This document shows positions 26,843-35,223 of a DNA stretch of 64,000 bases, one piece after another. Numbering within the stretch: position 1 is the first letter of the stretch; the number at the start of each line of letters is the position of its first letter. The position numbers and the translations under genes are program-made. Source of the DNA: an uncultured Collinsella sp. (GTDB lineage: Bacteria; Actinomycetota; Coriobacteriia; Coriobacteriales; Coriobacteriaceae); the NCBI GenBank assembly GCA_959602645.1, contig CAUGTZ010000008.1, positions 3,149-67,148 of the forward strand, in the 5' to 3' direction. The notes beneath the pieces were generated by a model. The model saw only the letters and a list, made by a program, of their open reading frames with translations. It did not search any database and was not told where the DNA came from.

Positions 26843-26886
26843 AAAAACAAAAAGCGCCCGCCCGCCGTTATGAGCGGACGGGCGCC
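26843..26886 (-). terminator. intrinsic terminator of agaS
   Basis: GCGCCCGCCCGC/GCGGACGGGCGC stem; the minus strand then reads TTTTTGTTTTT. Confidence 0.6.
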
Positions 26887-26903
26887 CTTACAGGGGGACG
26901 CGA

Positions 26904-28070
26904 TTAAGCGGTGAAGGGGTGAATCGTCACACCCTTGACCACGCGGTTGACCGTGCCGGTGGGGCTCGGCGTATCGGGCGTGTTGCCCACGCGCACGGAG
27001 TTGAGCAGGCTGATAGCCTGGGCAAACATCACGAACGGCAGGGCAAGGTAGCCCTCGGGAAGCGCCTCGTAGCCCTTAAAGGTGAAGGACTCGCCCTCGT
27101 AGACGGTAGCGCCATCCTGCTGAACGGCAACGGTGTGCTGAGCAATCTTGTCGCCACCGATCTCGTTGAGGATGTCGATGTCGTACTGACGGGTGTAGGC
27201 GTCGTTGTTGACGAACACGAAGACGAGCGTCTTATCGTCGACGAAGGACTTAGGTCCGTGACGATAGCCCATGGAGGTGTCGTAGGAAGTAGCGACCAGA
27301 CCGTGAGCGAGCTCGAGAATCTTGAGCTGGCTCTCCTGAGCAAGGCCACCGAAGGAGCCAGAACCCAAGTAGGTCACGCGGTTGAAGTCGCCAGCCAGGT
27401 AATCGGCGATCTCGGGCTCACGGGAGATGACCTCCTCGCCCATCTTGGCGATGGTCTCGACCCACTCGGCCTTCTGCTCGTCAGAGGCAGTGTCGAAAAT
27501 AAGGGTGGAGAGCAGGGTCATGCAGGTGTAGGAACCGGTCATGGCGAAGCCCTTGTCGTTGGCGCGCGGGATGAGCAGCGTCAGCGCATTGGGATCATCG
27601 GCGGACTCGACGGCGAGCTTGCCCTCGGGAGCGCAGGTGATGTTGAGGAACTTGACGTTGTGGACGAGCTCCTTGGCAACGGCAACGGCGGCAAGGCTCT
27701 CGGGGCTGTTGCCAGAGCGGGCAAAGGAAACCACGAGCGTGGGATCCTCGGCGCGCAGGAAGTCGCGCGGGGCGCTCACGATGTCGGTCGTGGCGATGGG
27801 CTTAAAGTCGTAGAGATCAGTGTTGCCAGCGTGACGCAGGTACGGGGCGCAGGTATCGCCAACGTAGTCGGACGTACCGGCACCGGTGAAGACAACGGAC
27901 AGACGACCCTCACCCATAGCGCGAGCCTCGGCCAGGAAGGCCTCGATGGCCTCCTTGTTCTCGCGATAGATGTTGAGCGTATCACGCCAAAGCTCGGGCT
28001 GCTGAGCAATCTCGGCCGTGGTGATCTGGGCGCCGAGCTCGGTGAGCTCCTCGACACTCTTCTCGAACAT
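26904..28070 (-). CDS. agaS: SIS-domain sugar isomerase/deaminase, AgaS type (galactosamine-6-P to tagatose-6-P)
   Basis: 388-aa double-SIS ORF; ITTAEIAQQPELW, FTGAGTSDYVG, YLGSGSFGGLAQESQLK. Confidence 0.8.
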   Translation of the reverse strand: MFEKSVEELTELGAQITTAEIAQQPELWRDTLNIYRENKEAIEAFLAEARAMGEGRLSVVFTGAGTSDYVGDTCAPYLRHAGNTDLYDFKPIATTDIVSAPRDFLRAEDPTLVVSFARSGNSPESLAAVAVAKELVHNVKFLNITCAPEGKLAVESADDPNALTLLIPRANDKGFAMTGSYTCMTLLSTLIFDTASDEQKAEWVETIAKMGEEVISREPEIADYLAGDFNRVTYLGSGSFGGLAQESQLKILELAHGLVATSYDTSMGYRHGPKSFVDDKTLVFVFVNNDAYTRQYDIDILNEIGGDKIAQHTVAVQQDGATVYEGESFTFKGYEALPEGYLALPFVMFAQAISLLNSVRVGNTPDTPSPTGTVNRVVKGVTIHPFTA

Positions 28071-28123
28071 TTTTAATACCTCTCTCTAGAAGTAATCCTC
28101 TGACGTGCAATTATACACTTCGG

Positions 28124-28150
28124 TTGGTTATCTGGTAGTAACCAGTTAAA
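28124..28150. promoter_or_regulatory. GntR/HutC-type (dre-like) operator upstream of agaS
   Basis: CTGGTAGTAACCA at 28132-28144 is identical to 32425-32437; resembles the TGGTCTAGACCA-type palindrome. Confidence 0.55.
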
Positions 28151-28184
28151 TGCAAAGAATCACCATATGGAAACGATGCGAGCA

Positions 28185-28916
28185 CTAGTTACTGCGCTGG
28201 TGGTAAACCTTGTATTTAAACTGATCGGCACGAGCAACCGAGAGTGTGTACTCCACTACCTCGTTTGACTCGTTATACGTAGTCCTGACCAAATCGAGCA
28301 CAGGCGAGCCCTCGACAATTCCCAAAAGGTGGGCATCGGTGGGACGGGCTATGCTCGCATAGAACTCCTCTTCGGCCACGCGAATCTTTTGCTGAAAGTC
28401 CTGCTCAATCACATCGTAAAGCGGCTTACGCTCCAGCAGCGGTCGCTTTAGGGACAGAAATTGACGAACCGGTAGATAGCTGCGTTCGACCATCATGGGC
28501 ATGTTGTCGGCAGAACGAAGGCGCTTGAGCTTAAAAATGCGATCACCGATGCGCAATCCCATATGCTCGGCCAGATTCTTATCGGCCTCCATCTCGCAAA
28601 ACTCGAGAATCGTGGTCTCGGGTTCTCGACCCATCGCGCGCATCTGCTCGGTAAAGCTGTAGGACTGCATAAGATTGGTTGCTTTTGCCGAACGGTCGGT
28701 CACAAAGGTACCGCGACCGTGCTGCCGAACCACCAGTCCTAAACGCTCCAGTTCCTGCAGAGCCAGGCGTACCGTAGTGCGCGAGAGACCATAGCGCTCC
28801 GAAAGTTCGCGCTCGGAAGGAATCATGTCACCGGCGCGATATTCATGGTCAATCTTTTCGGTCAGAATATCGACCAGCTGATCGTACAGCGGTTGCTTAC
28901 GCGCTCCGATCGCCAT
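28185..28916 (-). CDS. GntR-family (HutC/NagR subfamily) transcriptional regulator
   Basis: 243-aa ORF; wHTH (IPSERELSERYGLSRTTVRLALQELE) plus UTRA effector domain. Confidence 0.9.
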   Translation of the reverse strand: MAIGARKQPLYDQLVDILTEKIDHEYRAGDMIPSERELSERYGLSRTTVRLALQELERLGLVVRQHGRGTFVTDRSAKATNLMQSYSFTEQMRAMGREPETTILEFCEMEADKNLAEHMGLRIGDRIFKLKRLRSADNMPMMVERSYLPVRQFLSLKRPLLERKPLYDVIEQDFQQKIRVAEEEFYASIARPTDAHLLGIVEGSPVLDLVRTTYNESNEVVEYTLSVARADQFKYKVYHQRSN

Positions 28917-28995
28917 CCTATCCTCCCTTTTGCTCGAATTCGGCTAACTACCTAGGGTGTTATGCATTATCTGTCTGCCACACCCGAATCATTAA

Positions 28996-29036
28996 GAAAA
29001 CAAAAGCCGCGCGCTCTTTCGAGCACGCGGCTTTTA
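28996..29036 (-). terminator. bidirectional terminator after the PTS IID gene
   Basis: AGCCGCGCGCTC-tttc-GAGCACGCGGCT flanked by an A-run and a T-run. Confidence 0.65.
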
Positions 29037-29101
29037 ACATACACATGGCTTAAGGGGTCGGGGTGTGAGCCGCGTAGGGACACACCCCTCAAGCTAGAGC
29101 C

Positions 29102-30184
29102 TTACCAGATGCTCGGCCAGAGACCAAGCGGGCCAGCGCCCAGGATGCCAAGGACGAAGAGCAGGAGAATGCCCTTGGTCGGGGTCCAGCTGTGCTTAGC
29201 GAACATGTAGTAAAGCAGCAGCGTAAGCATAAGCGGGACGAGCTTCGGGACGATGGTGTTGAGGGTGTCGGCAACAGAGAAGTTGACCGGATCCTCGGTA
29301 ACGGTGCCGTAGGTCACGGACTCCATGCCGTTACCCAAATCGGTGACGCCGCACTCGACAGCGTTGCCGTCGGCATCGGAAGCGGTAAGGGCGTTGCCGT
29401 CCTTATCGGTCATGGCGATGGTACCGGCCTCAGCGGTCTCGGTATCGATGCCCTCCATACCGGTGAAGTTCTCGGCCTCCTTCTCGGAGACGATCACGGT
29501 AGTAGCGGAGAGGCCACGGGTGGTGCCGTTGGGGATCTGGAGGTTGATCTGGGTGCCACCCATGGTGACGACCAGGCAACCGACGACGAAGACGCCCATG
29601 ATGGAAGCGGCACGCGTGAAGGCCTGCATGTTGGCGGTCAGAGCGTCAATAGCGCTGGTGCCAAGCTTGTAGGACCAGTTCATGAGCCAGAAGCGCAGAG
29701 CGAACTGGACGACGTTGAAGATCACCAGGAAGATGATCGGTGCAGCGGCGTTGCCGTTGATGGCCATGTTGGAGGTGATGCCGGCCGTGATAGGCACGAG
29801 CGTCAGCCAGAACAGGGCGTCACCGATACCACCGAGCGGGCCCATTGCGGCGACGCGGACGGCGCGGATCGTGGGGATGTCAACCTTGTTCTGCTCGAGC
29901 GAAAGCACGATGCCCATAACAAAGGTGACAAGGAACGGGTGGGTGTTGAAGAACTCCAGGTTGTGGCTCATGGAAGCCGCGAGGTCGTTCTTGTTGGTGT
30001 GGATCTTCTCCAGACCGGGGATGATGGAGTAGAGCCAGCCAGCGGCCTGCATGCGCTCGTAGTTGAACGATGCCTGCAGGAAGCAGGAGCGCCAAGCCAT
30101 CTTGTTGAGGGTCTTCTGGTCGAGCTGCGGAGCAGGAGTGAGATCCTCGTAGTGCTCCGGGATCACATACTCATTAGATGCCAT
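29102..30184 (-). CDS. PTS mannose/GalNAc-family EIID component with an enlarged loop
   Basis: 360 aa from ATG 30184 (GGAGG RBS); EIID pattern (FNYERMQAAGW, NTHPF, GPLGGIGD); about 70 extra residues before the last TM segment. Confidence 0.85.
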   Translation of the reverse strand: MASNEYVIPEHYEDLTPAPQLDQKTLNKMAWRSCFLQASFNYERMQAAGWLYSIIPGLEKIHTNKNDLAASMSHNLEFFNTHPFLVTFVMGIVLSLEQNKVDIPTIRAVRVAAMGPLGGIGDALFWLTLVPITAGITSNMAINGNAAAPIIFLVIFNVVQFALRFWLMNWSYKLGTSAIDALTANMQAFTRAASIMGVFVVGCLVVTMGGTQINLQIPNGTTRGLSATTVIVSEKEAENFTGMEGIDTETAEAGTIAMTDKDGNALTASDADGNAVECGVTDLGNGMESVTYGTVTEDPVNFSVADTLNTIVPKLVPLMLTLLLYYMFAKHSWTPTKGILLLFVLGILGAGPLGLWPSIW

Positions 30185-30974
30185 CTTCGAAGTCACCTCC
30201 GTCAGAAACAGCTGCACCCTTCAGCTCGGTCTGCTGCTGGAAGTCCCAGAAAGCGATGCCGAAGCCGATGAGAGCGAGGATGAGCAGAGCAGGGGTTGCC
30301 AGCGAATCGTTGGCAACGGTGATGAGCGCGAGGCCAAAGCCCATGAGGAAGAAGCCCCACATATCGCGGTTCATCATAACCTTGAGCAGGACGGCGAAGC
30401 CGACGAAGCGCATCATGCCGCCTGCAGCGGACAGACCGGTCTGCAGCCAAGTCGGGATGGCAGAAGCGATGGTCTGACCGATGGTAGCGCCAGCGATGAA
30501 GAACAGGGTGACGACGACAGCGAAGATCAGGCCGAGCAGAGCCATGGCGAAGTAGTTCAGGCGCTCGATGCCCTTGGTGTCCGCGTTGTGAGCCATGTTA
30601 TCGGCCGTGGACATAAGCGGGGACATAAGCGTGAAGACCAGGGTAACGCCAAGCTGGCCAAGCAGAGCGAACGGAATGGCGAGGCCGACTGCCGCGTTGG
30701 GCTCGAGGCCCGTGGCGATAGCGAGAATGGCTGCCATGATGCCGCCGATGACGGCGTTAGGCGGCTGAGCGCCTCCGATCGGCATGTTGCCGATCGTCAT
30801 GAGCTGATAGGTACCACCCACGAGAAGACCGGTGTTGAGGTCGCCAAGGATAAGACCGATGACGGCGCCGGTGACGATGGGCTGATAGAGAGACTCGAGG
30901 AAGTCAAACTGGTCGATTGCCGCGATGAACGTGACGACGAAGACCAGAGCGATCTGGATGATCGAGTATTCCAT
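30174..30974 (-). CDS. PTS mannose/GalNAc-family EIIC component
   Basis: 266-aa polytopic ORF; EIIC-Man pattern (LVGGTYQLMTIGNMPIGGAQPPN). Confidence 0.85.
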   Translation of the reverse strand: MEYSIIQIALVFVVTFIAAIDQFDFLESLYQPIVTGAVIGLILGDLNTGLLVGGTYQLMTIGNMPIGGAQPPNAVIGGIMAAILAIATGLEPNAAVGLAIPFALLGQLGVTLVFTLMSPLMSTADNMAHNADTKGIERLNYFAMALLGLIFAVVVTLFFIAGATIGQTIASAIPTWLQTGLSAAGGMMRFVGFAVLLKVMMNRDMWGFFLMGFGLALITVANDSLATPALLILALIGFGIAFWDFQQQTELKGAAVSDGGDFEDGI

Positions 30975-31064
30975 CTTGCTCCTCCTTTCAAAATGTATGT
31001 ACGCACTTTGGATTTCACGTACAGAACGTCAGGGTTTCACTCCTGACAACGTGGATCACGAGGA

Positions 31065-31547
31065 TTACGAGAAGAGCTTGCTCGTGTCCTCAACAGGCGT
31101 GCTCGGAACGCGCCTGATCTCCAACTCCACCCCCAATTCCTGCAGCTCTTTAAACGCAGCGACATCCTCGTCGTTAACTGCGACGGAGGTGGCGACTTGG
31201 CGCTTTCCTTCCGACATGTGCATGTTGCCGATGTTTACCTTCTTTATAGGCACACCGCCCTTGACGAGCGTAAGCACGTCTTCCGGTGTTTCGGCCACGA
31301 TGAAGATCTTCTGGCGCGGGCTCGCCTTGCCAATGACGTCGATGGTCTTCTGCAGAGAGAAGAAACGCGTAGCGACGCCGGCGGGAGCGGCCATCTTCAT
31401 GAGGTTCTGGCGCATGGTGTTGGACGCCACGTCGTCGTTGGCGACGAGGATGAGGTTGGAGCCCAGGGTGGAGTTCCACTGGGTGGCAACCTGACCATGA
31501 ACCAGTCGGTTATCGATGCGGGTAAGAAGAATGTTGGGTTCTGCCAT
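31065..31547 (-). CDS. PTS mannose/GalNAc-family EIIB component
   Basis: 160-aa ORF; NILLTRIDNRLVHGQVATQW with the phospho-His. Confidence 0.9.
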   Translation of the reverse strand: MAEPNILLTRIDNRLVHGQVATQWNSTLGSNLILVANDDVASNTMRQNLMKMAAPAGVATRFFSLQKTIDVIGKASPRQKIFIVAETPEDVLTLVKGGVPIKKVNIGNMHMSEGKRQVATSVAVNDEDVAAFKELQELGVELEIRRVPSTPVEDTSKLFS

Positions 31548-31583
31548 GTTGATCAGCTTCCTTTCGTTATTTGCTGACGACAG

Positions 31584-31865
31584 TTACTTGATCTCCTGAA
31601 TCGCGTAACGCGAAACATCTACGACGGCTCCGGATCGGACTTTGATCTGGACCTTCTCGCCTTCGATGCCTTTGACGGTTCCGTAGATACCGCCGGCGAA
31701 AAGAACCTCTTGACCCGGCTTGAGCTCGGTGTGCAGCTCCTTGAAGTACTTCTGCTTCTTCTTCATGTTGATTTGCGACCAGATGGTGTAAATCAAGCCC
31801 ATGATGACAAGCAGGCCTAAAAGGGCGACCGAGGAGCTCAGGACGTTGGCTCCGAAATCGGCCAT
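31584..31865 (-). CDS. yajC: YajC-like small membrane protein embedded in the PTS operon
   Basis: 93-aa ORF; one TM segment plus LKPGQEVLFAGGIYGTVKGIEGEKVQI, the YajC signature. Confidence 0.75.
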   Translation of the reverse strand: MADFGANVLSSSVALLGLLVIMGLIYTIWSQINMKKKQKYFKELHTELKPGQEVLFAGGIYGTVKGIEGEKVQIKVRSGAVVDVSRYAIQEIK

Positions 31866-32308
31866 TAGATGCCGTCCTCGTCGCCGAAGATATCCTCTTC
31901 CTCGGAGCCGGCAACGGATGCGACCGTCTGGGCGGTGACGCCCGTCTGGCCAACGGTCACGGCCTGCTCGCCAAGCTCGGCGAGCGTGGCATTGCCGCGG
32001 AGGAACAGAAGCTCAATAACCATGGGAAGGTTGGTGCCAGTCAGAACCTCGACGTTGTCGACATCCTGGGCAATCATCATCGACTGGTTGAACGGGGTGC
32101 CGCCAAGCAGGTCGGTAAAGACGAGCACGCCATCGCACTCCTCGCGCATGGCGGTAATAGCGGCGCGGAGATCCTCACCGTAGGAAGCAGCCTGGTCGCC
32201 CTCAAAAGGAACGACGGTAAAAGCGGGCTGGTCGCCGGCAACCATAGCGATAGCGCTAGCTAGGCCGGGTGCGAACTGTCCATGACCGGTAAGAATAAAG
32301 CCAACCAT
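31865..32308 (-). CDS. PTS mannose/GalNAc-family EIIA component
   Basis: 147-aa ORF; MVGFILTGHGQFAPG with the phospho-His; TDLLGGTPFN. Confidence 0.85.
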   Translation of the reverse strand: MVGFILTGHGQFAPGLASAIAMVAGDQPAFTVVPFEGDQAASYGEDLRAAITAMREECDGVLVFTDLLGGTPFNQSMMIAQDVDNVEVLTGTNLPMVIELLFLRGNATLAELGEQAVTVGQTGVTAQTVASVAGSEEEDIFGDEDGI

Positions 32309-32411
32309 TCAAATTTCCCTTCCGAAGGTGTGTACAATCTGAGTCCGATGATTTTCGGAAGCCAGCGGGCGCTCGCCCTTAAAGCTTCTTAGAAAGCGTT
32401 CTTTGAAGACC

Positions 32412-32439
32412 AGTGGTTTCTAAACTGGTAGTAACCACG
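32412..32439. promoter_or_regulatory. GntR/HutC-type operator upstream of the PTS operon
   Basis: AGTGGTTTCTAAACTGGTAGTAACCACG, containing the 13-mer shared with 28132-28144. Confidence 0.55.
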
Positions 32440-32511
32440 TGACGTGTTGTTGTCACTATATCACCCCAGAAGAGGTCGCTTTCGTTGATTCATACGGTAA
32501 AACGTTTTTGC

Positions 32512-32542
32512 ACCGTTCACGGTGATAAATCGACCGTTTACC
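32512..32542 (+). promoter_or_regulatory. phased direct repeat (ACCGTTCACGG ... ACCGTTTACC, 21-bp register)
   Basis: Units start at 32512 and 32533, with an AT-rich spacer TGATAAATCG; followed at 32555-32566 by TTCTACCTGCGG, the family-B core. Confidence 0.5.
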
Positions 32543-32686
32543 GCTCGTTAATACTTCTACCTGCGGATTTGAAACCGTTTCGAAATGCTTTGGCAAAAGA
32601 TCGGAACTTTTTTTGTGTCTAAACAACGCAGGGCGGCTAAAAATAGCGTGTTGAAAAATTGCAGGTCATTGTGAAGATATGTGAAT

Positions 32687-32721
32687 TGGTCTTTTTGACT
32701 TAATACCAGTTAGAACCAGTT
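32687..32721. promoter_or_regulatory. third GntR-type site, inverted orientation
   Basis: The reverse complement TGGTTCTAACTGGTATTAAG parallels TGGTTTCTAAACTGGTAGTAAC at 32414-32435. Confidence 0.4.
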
Positions 32722-32732
32722 TTGAGATTATC

Positions 32733-32760
32733 GGTGAACGGTAGTTTTCGACCGTTCACC
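32733..32760. promoter_or_regulatory. inverted pair of the ACCGTTCACC motif
   Basis: GGTGAACGGT-N8-ACCGTTCACC, a perfect 10-bp inverted repeat. Confidence 0.45.
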
Positions 32761-33012
32761 GGTTACTTGTAATCGTTTGCAGTCGTTTTCCCAGATGAAT
32801 TAGGGAAACACAATGGAGCGCTTGCGCGATCACGGGAAGTTTTGACATTTGTCCTCATCCCCCGCGCGCCGAACTCCGACACCCAAAACGAGCTAATAGT
32901 TCATGCTAATCGTTTTCAATCATTACTTAGTCAGTATCCCTAATTATTTATCGTTTGTCATTAATTATGATATAAGATACAAGTATCATCCAAGAGATTG
33001 GTTGGAGGGGCT

Positions 33013-33651
33013 ATGATCCGTCGGAACGTATCCGCATCGAATGAAGCCATCGGTCGCGAACAGACAATAGCCGAGCTGAGGAGGCTCACCCGCATCTGCA
33101 AATGGGCCACAATCTGCGCCACTGCGGCACTCGCTCTGGGACTCTTCGCAGTCATTGCAATCGACCTTCTACTCATATTGCCCAGTCTCTCCCAAGGATT
33201 CTGTCTCCAATCCGTAGAACTTCAAGCCGGCGAAGGACCGTGCCTCGCTCTCGTCGGTGCCAATGCACAGACCCCACTTATGCTCATCGCGCACGACGGT
33301 CACACCGCCATGGGGAGCGTCATGATGACATTCCTCGCGCTCGCTATCGCACTGAGCGCATACAAGCTTTTCTCCATCATTGAAAAGGCGGGCAGGCCCT
33401 TTGACCTTGAATGCAGCCGTATGCTACATCGAGTTGGGCTTTTGTTCCTTATCGGCGGCGCTGCCGTGAGACTCCTTGGTGCCATAGTCACGGGATTGAT
33501 GCTTTCAGGATTTGGCGGCAGCTTTACAGATGCCTTCGGCGGCCAGCTGTTCGAGCCCTCTATGCTCTTTGCAGGCCTGATTATTATCCTGATTGCCAGC
33601 ATCTTCCGCTACGGGTGTATCCTGCAAAAACAAGATGACGAGTTGCTCTAG
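33013..33651 (+). CDS. DUF2975-like membrane protein
   Basis: 212 aa from ATG 33013 (GGAGGGG RBS); four hydrophobic spans; precedes a YozG-type HTH gene, a commonly seen pairing. Confidence 0.6.
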   Translation: MIRRNVSASNEAIGREQTIAELRRLTRICKWATICATAALALGLFAVIAIDLLLILPSLSQGFCLQSVELQAGEGPCLALVGANAQTPLMLIAHDGHTAMGSVMMTFLALAIALSAYKLFSIIEKAGRPFDLECSRMLHRVGLLFLIGGAAVRLLGAIVTGLMLSGFGGSFTDAFGGQLFEPSMLFAGLIIILIASIFRYGCILQKQDDELL

Positions 33652-33660
33652 GGGGAATCC

Positions 33661-33900
33661 ATGATCATTCTGCGGCTCGACCGCATGCTCGCCGAACGCA
33701 AGATCTCATCCAAAGAACTTGCGGAACGCGTGGGCATCTCCCAAGTCAATATGTCACGCATTAAGACGGGCAAGGTTTCTGCCATACGTTTTTCAACTCT
33801 TGACGCGATATGTCGGGCACTCGACTGCCAACCGGGCGATGTACTGGAATATATATCCGACGATGAAGCCGATAGCCTTTTTGGACTTAAAGATGAATAG
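33661..33900 (+). CDS. XRE/Cro-type helix-turn-helix regulator (YozG-like)
   Basis: 79-aa ORF; LDRMLAERKISSKELAERVGISQVNMSRIKTGKVSAIRFSTLDAICRALDCQPGD. Confidence 0.8.
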   Translation: MIILRLDRMLAERKISSKELAERVGISQVNMSRIKTGKVSAIRFSTLDAICRALDCQPGDVLEYISDDEADSLFGLKDE

Positions 33901-34014
33901 CCATAATTAAGCCGCCAATCACGCCCTCAACGCAAAAAGTCCGCCAGAACGACTTCCGTACTGGCAGACTTTCTGCTGTCTATCGGCTAGATGCTCGATG
34001 AGCCGTGCAACTCT

Positions 34015-35097
34015 TTACGCAAACAGGCCGTAGATGCTGATGTTGGCCTTGGCGTAGAGGCCGTTGGCATACTCGGTCCACTTGGAGCTGGCGCTCGAAG
34101 CCTGCGAGGAATACTGCTGGTAGGCAGTGTAATAGGCGGTCATGGCCTGCTTATAGGTGGCGCTATCGGCGGTAAAGGCATCGTCGGCAAAGGCCTTGGC
34201 ATAGGTGCTGTTCTCGTCCTTCCAAGTGCCCTTTGAGCTATCCCACTCATCGCCGGCAAGGTTGATGATGTAGTCGGCGTAATCCTTGCTCGCGGTGTCC
34301 TCGTTGCCGTCAGAAGGCTCGGTCGGAGCGGTCGGCATGTTCCCAGAGGTATCGCCCACCTTCTTCTTGTAGAGCTTCTGCAGCGTCGCGGACTGGCGAA
34401 CGATCTGCTTGGCCTGGTCCTTGGACACGCCATACTGCTTGGCCATGGTGTCGTAGTCAGAAGTACCGATAGAATCCTCAGCGTACTTCTTCATCTCCTT
34501 GGAAGAGACGGTGATGCCCTCGTCCTCGGCAGCATCAAGCAGGATCTTGTTGCGCACGTAAGACAGGATGACGTCGGCGGAAGGAGCCGTGTAGTTACCA
34601 TCGCTATCCTTGACGGTATCCAAGCTGTACTGGCTCTCGATGGCCTCGCGCGCGGTGATGTCGCTCTTCTTGCCGTTGTAGCTATAGCTTGCCACGGTCG
34701 AATCGAGCTGGTCCTCGGTCAGGGTCGCCGAGCCGACACCCTTGCCGCCAAAGCCGCCATTGCCAATAAAGAAGCCGACCACAGCAGCGATCACGACTGC
34801 GACCACAAAGGCGGCAATCATCGTCTTCTTGTGCTTGGACGCATGGTCGTCCGCATCGGAGTCGTCCTCGTCCTGCTCCTCGGGCATGAGGTTCTCGTCA
34901 GCGGCATCTGCGGCGATCTGAGCCTCCAGACGGGCGTCCTCTTCCTCGGCCGTCGTGCCAGCTGCAATATGCTCGGCAGACGTACCGGCGACCAGGTCGA
35001 TCTTCTCGTCCTCATCACCATTGGGGCCTTCGCCGCGCTCGATGATCTGGATGCCGTCGATCTCGTCCTTTTCGTCCTTCTTTTGAATCAGACCCAT
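34015..35097 (-). CDS. membrane-anchored protein with an acidic N-terminus and a SurA-N/PrsA-like chaperone region
   Basis: 360-aa ORF; Asp/Glu-rich N-terminus, one TM segment (MIAAFVVAVVIAAVVGFFIG), then a helical domain without an obvious PPIase motif. Confidence 0.55.
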   Translation of the reverse strand: MGLIQKKDEKDEIDGIQIIERGEGPNGDEDEKIDLVAGTSAEHIAAGTTAEEEDARLEAQIAADAADENLMPEEQDEDDSDADDHASKHKKTMIAAFVVAVVIAAVVGFFIGNGGFGGKGVGSATLTEDQLDSTVASYSYNGKKSDITAREAIESQYSLDTVKDSDGNYTAPSADVILSYVRNKILLDAAEDEGITVSSKEMKKYAEDSIGTSDYDTMAKQYGVSKDQAKQIVRQSATLQKLYKKKVGDTSGNMPTAPTEPSDGNEDTASKDYADYIINLAGDEWDSSKGTWKDENSTYAKAFADDAFTADSATYKQAMTAYYTAYQQYSSQASSASSKWTEYANGLYAKANISIYGLFA

Positions 35098-35223
35098 ATC
35101 AGTTACTCCTTGTTAGGAAACATAGTCCCTCATAGAATACGCCCGACGGAGCGCCGGGCGTATTGATTCTTAGGTTATACGCAAACACTTAAGTACTATT
35201 TAGGCGTTTGCAGCGTGCATACC

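Noticed and set aside
32570-32583. cre-like site TGAAACCGTTTCGA as evidence for CcpA-type catabolite control
   Set aside because: There is a single imperfect match, and no CcpA, HPr or HprK genes are in the window to support the system. It overlaps the ACCGTT motif family, so it may be another instance of that motif.
21955-33900. Genomic island integrated at tRNA-Thr
   Set aside because: No integrase, no direct repeat of the tRNA 3' end and no mobility genes were seen downstream. The content is ordinary sugar catabolism, so an island cannot be supported from this window alone.
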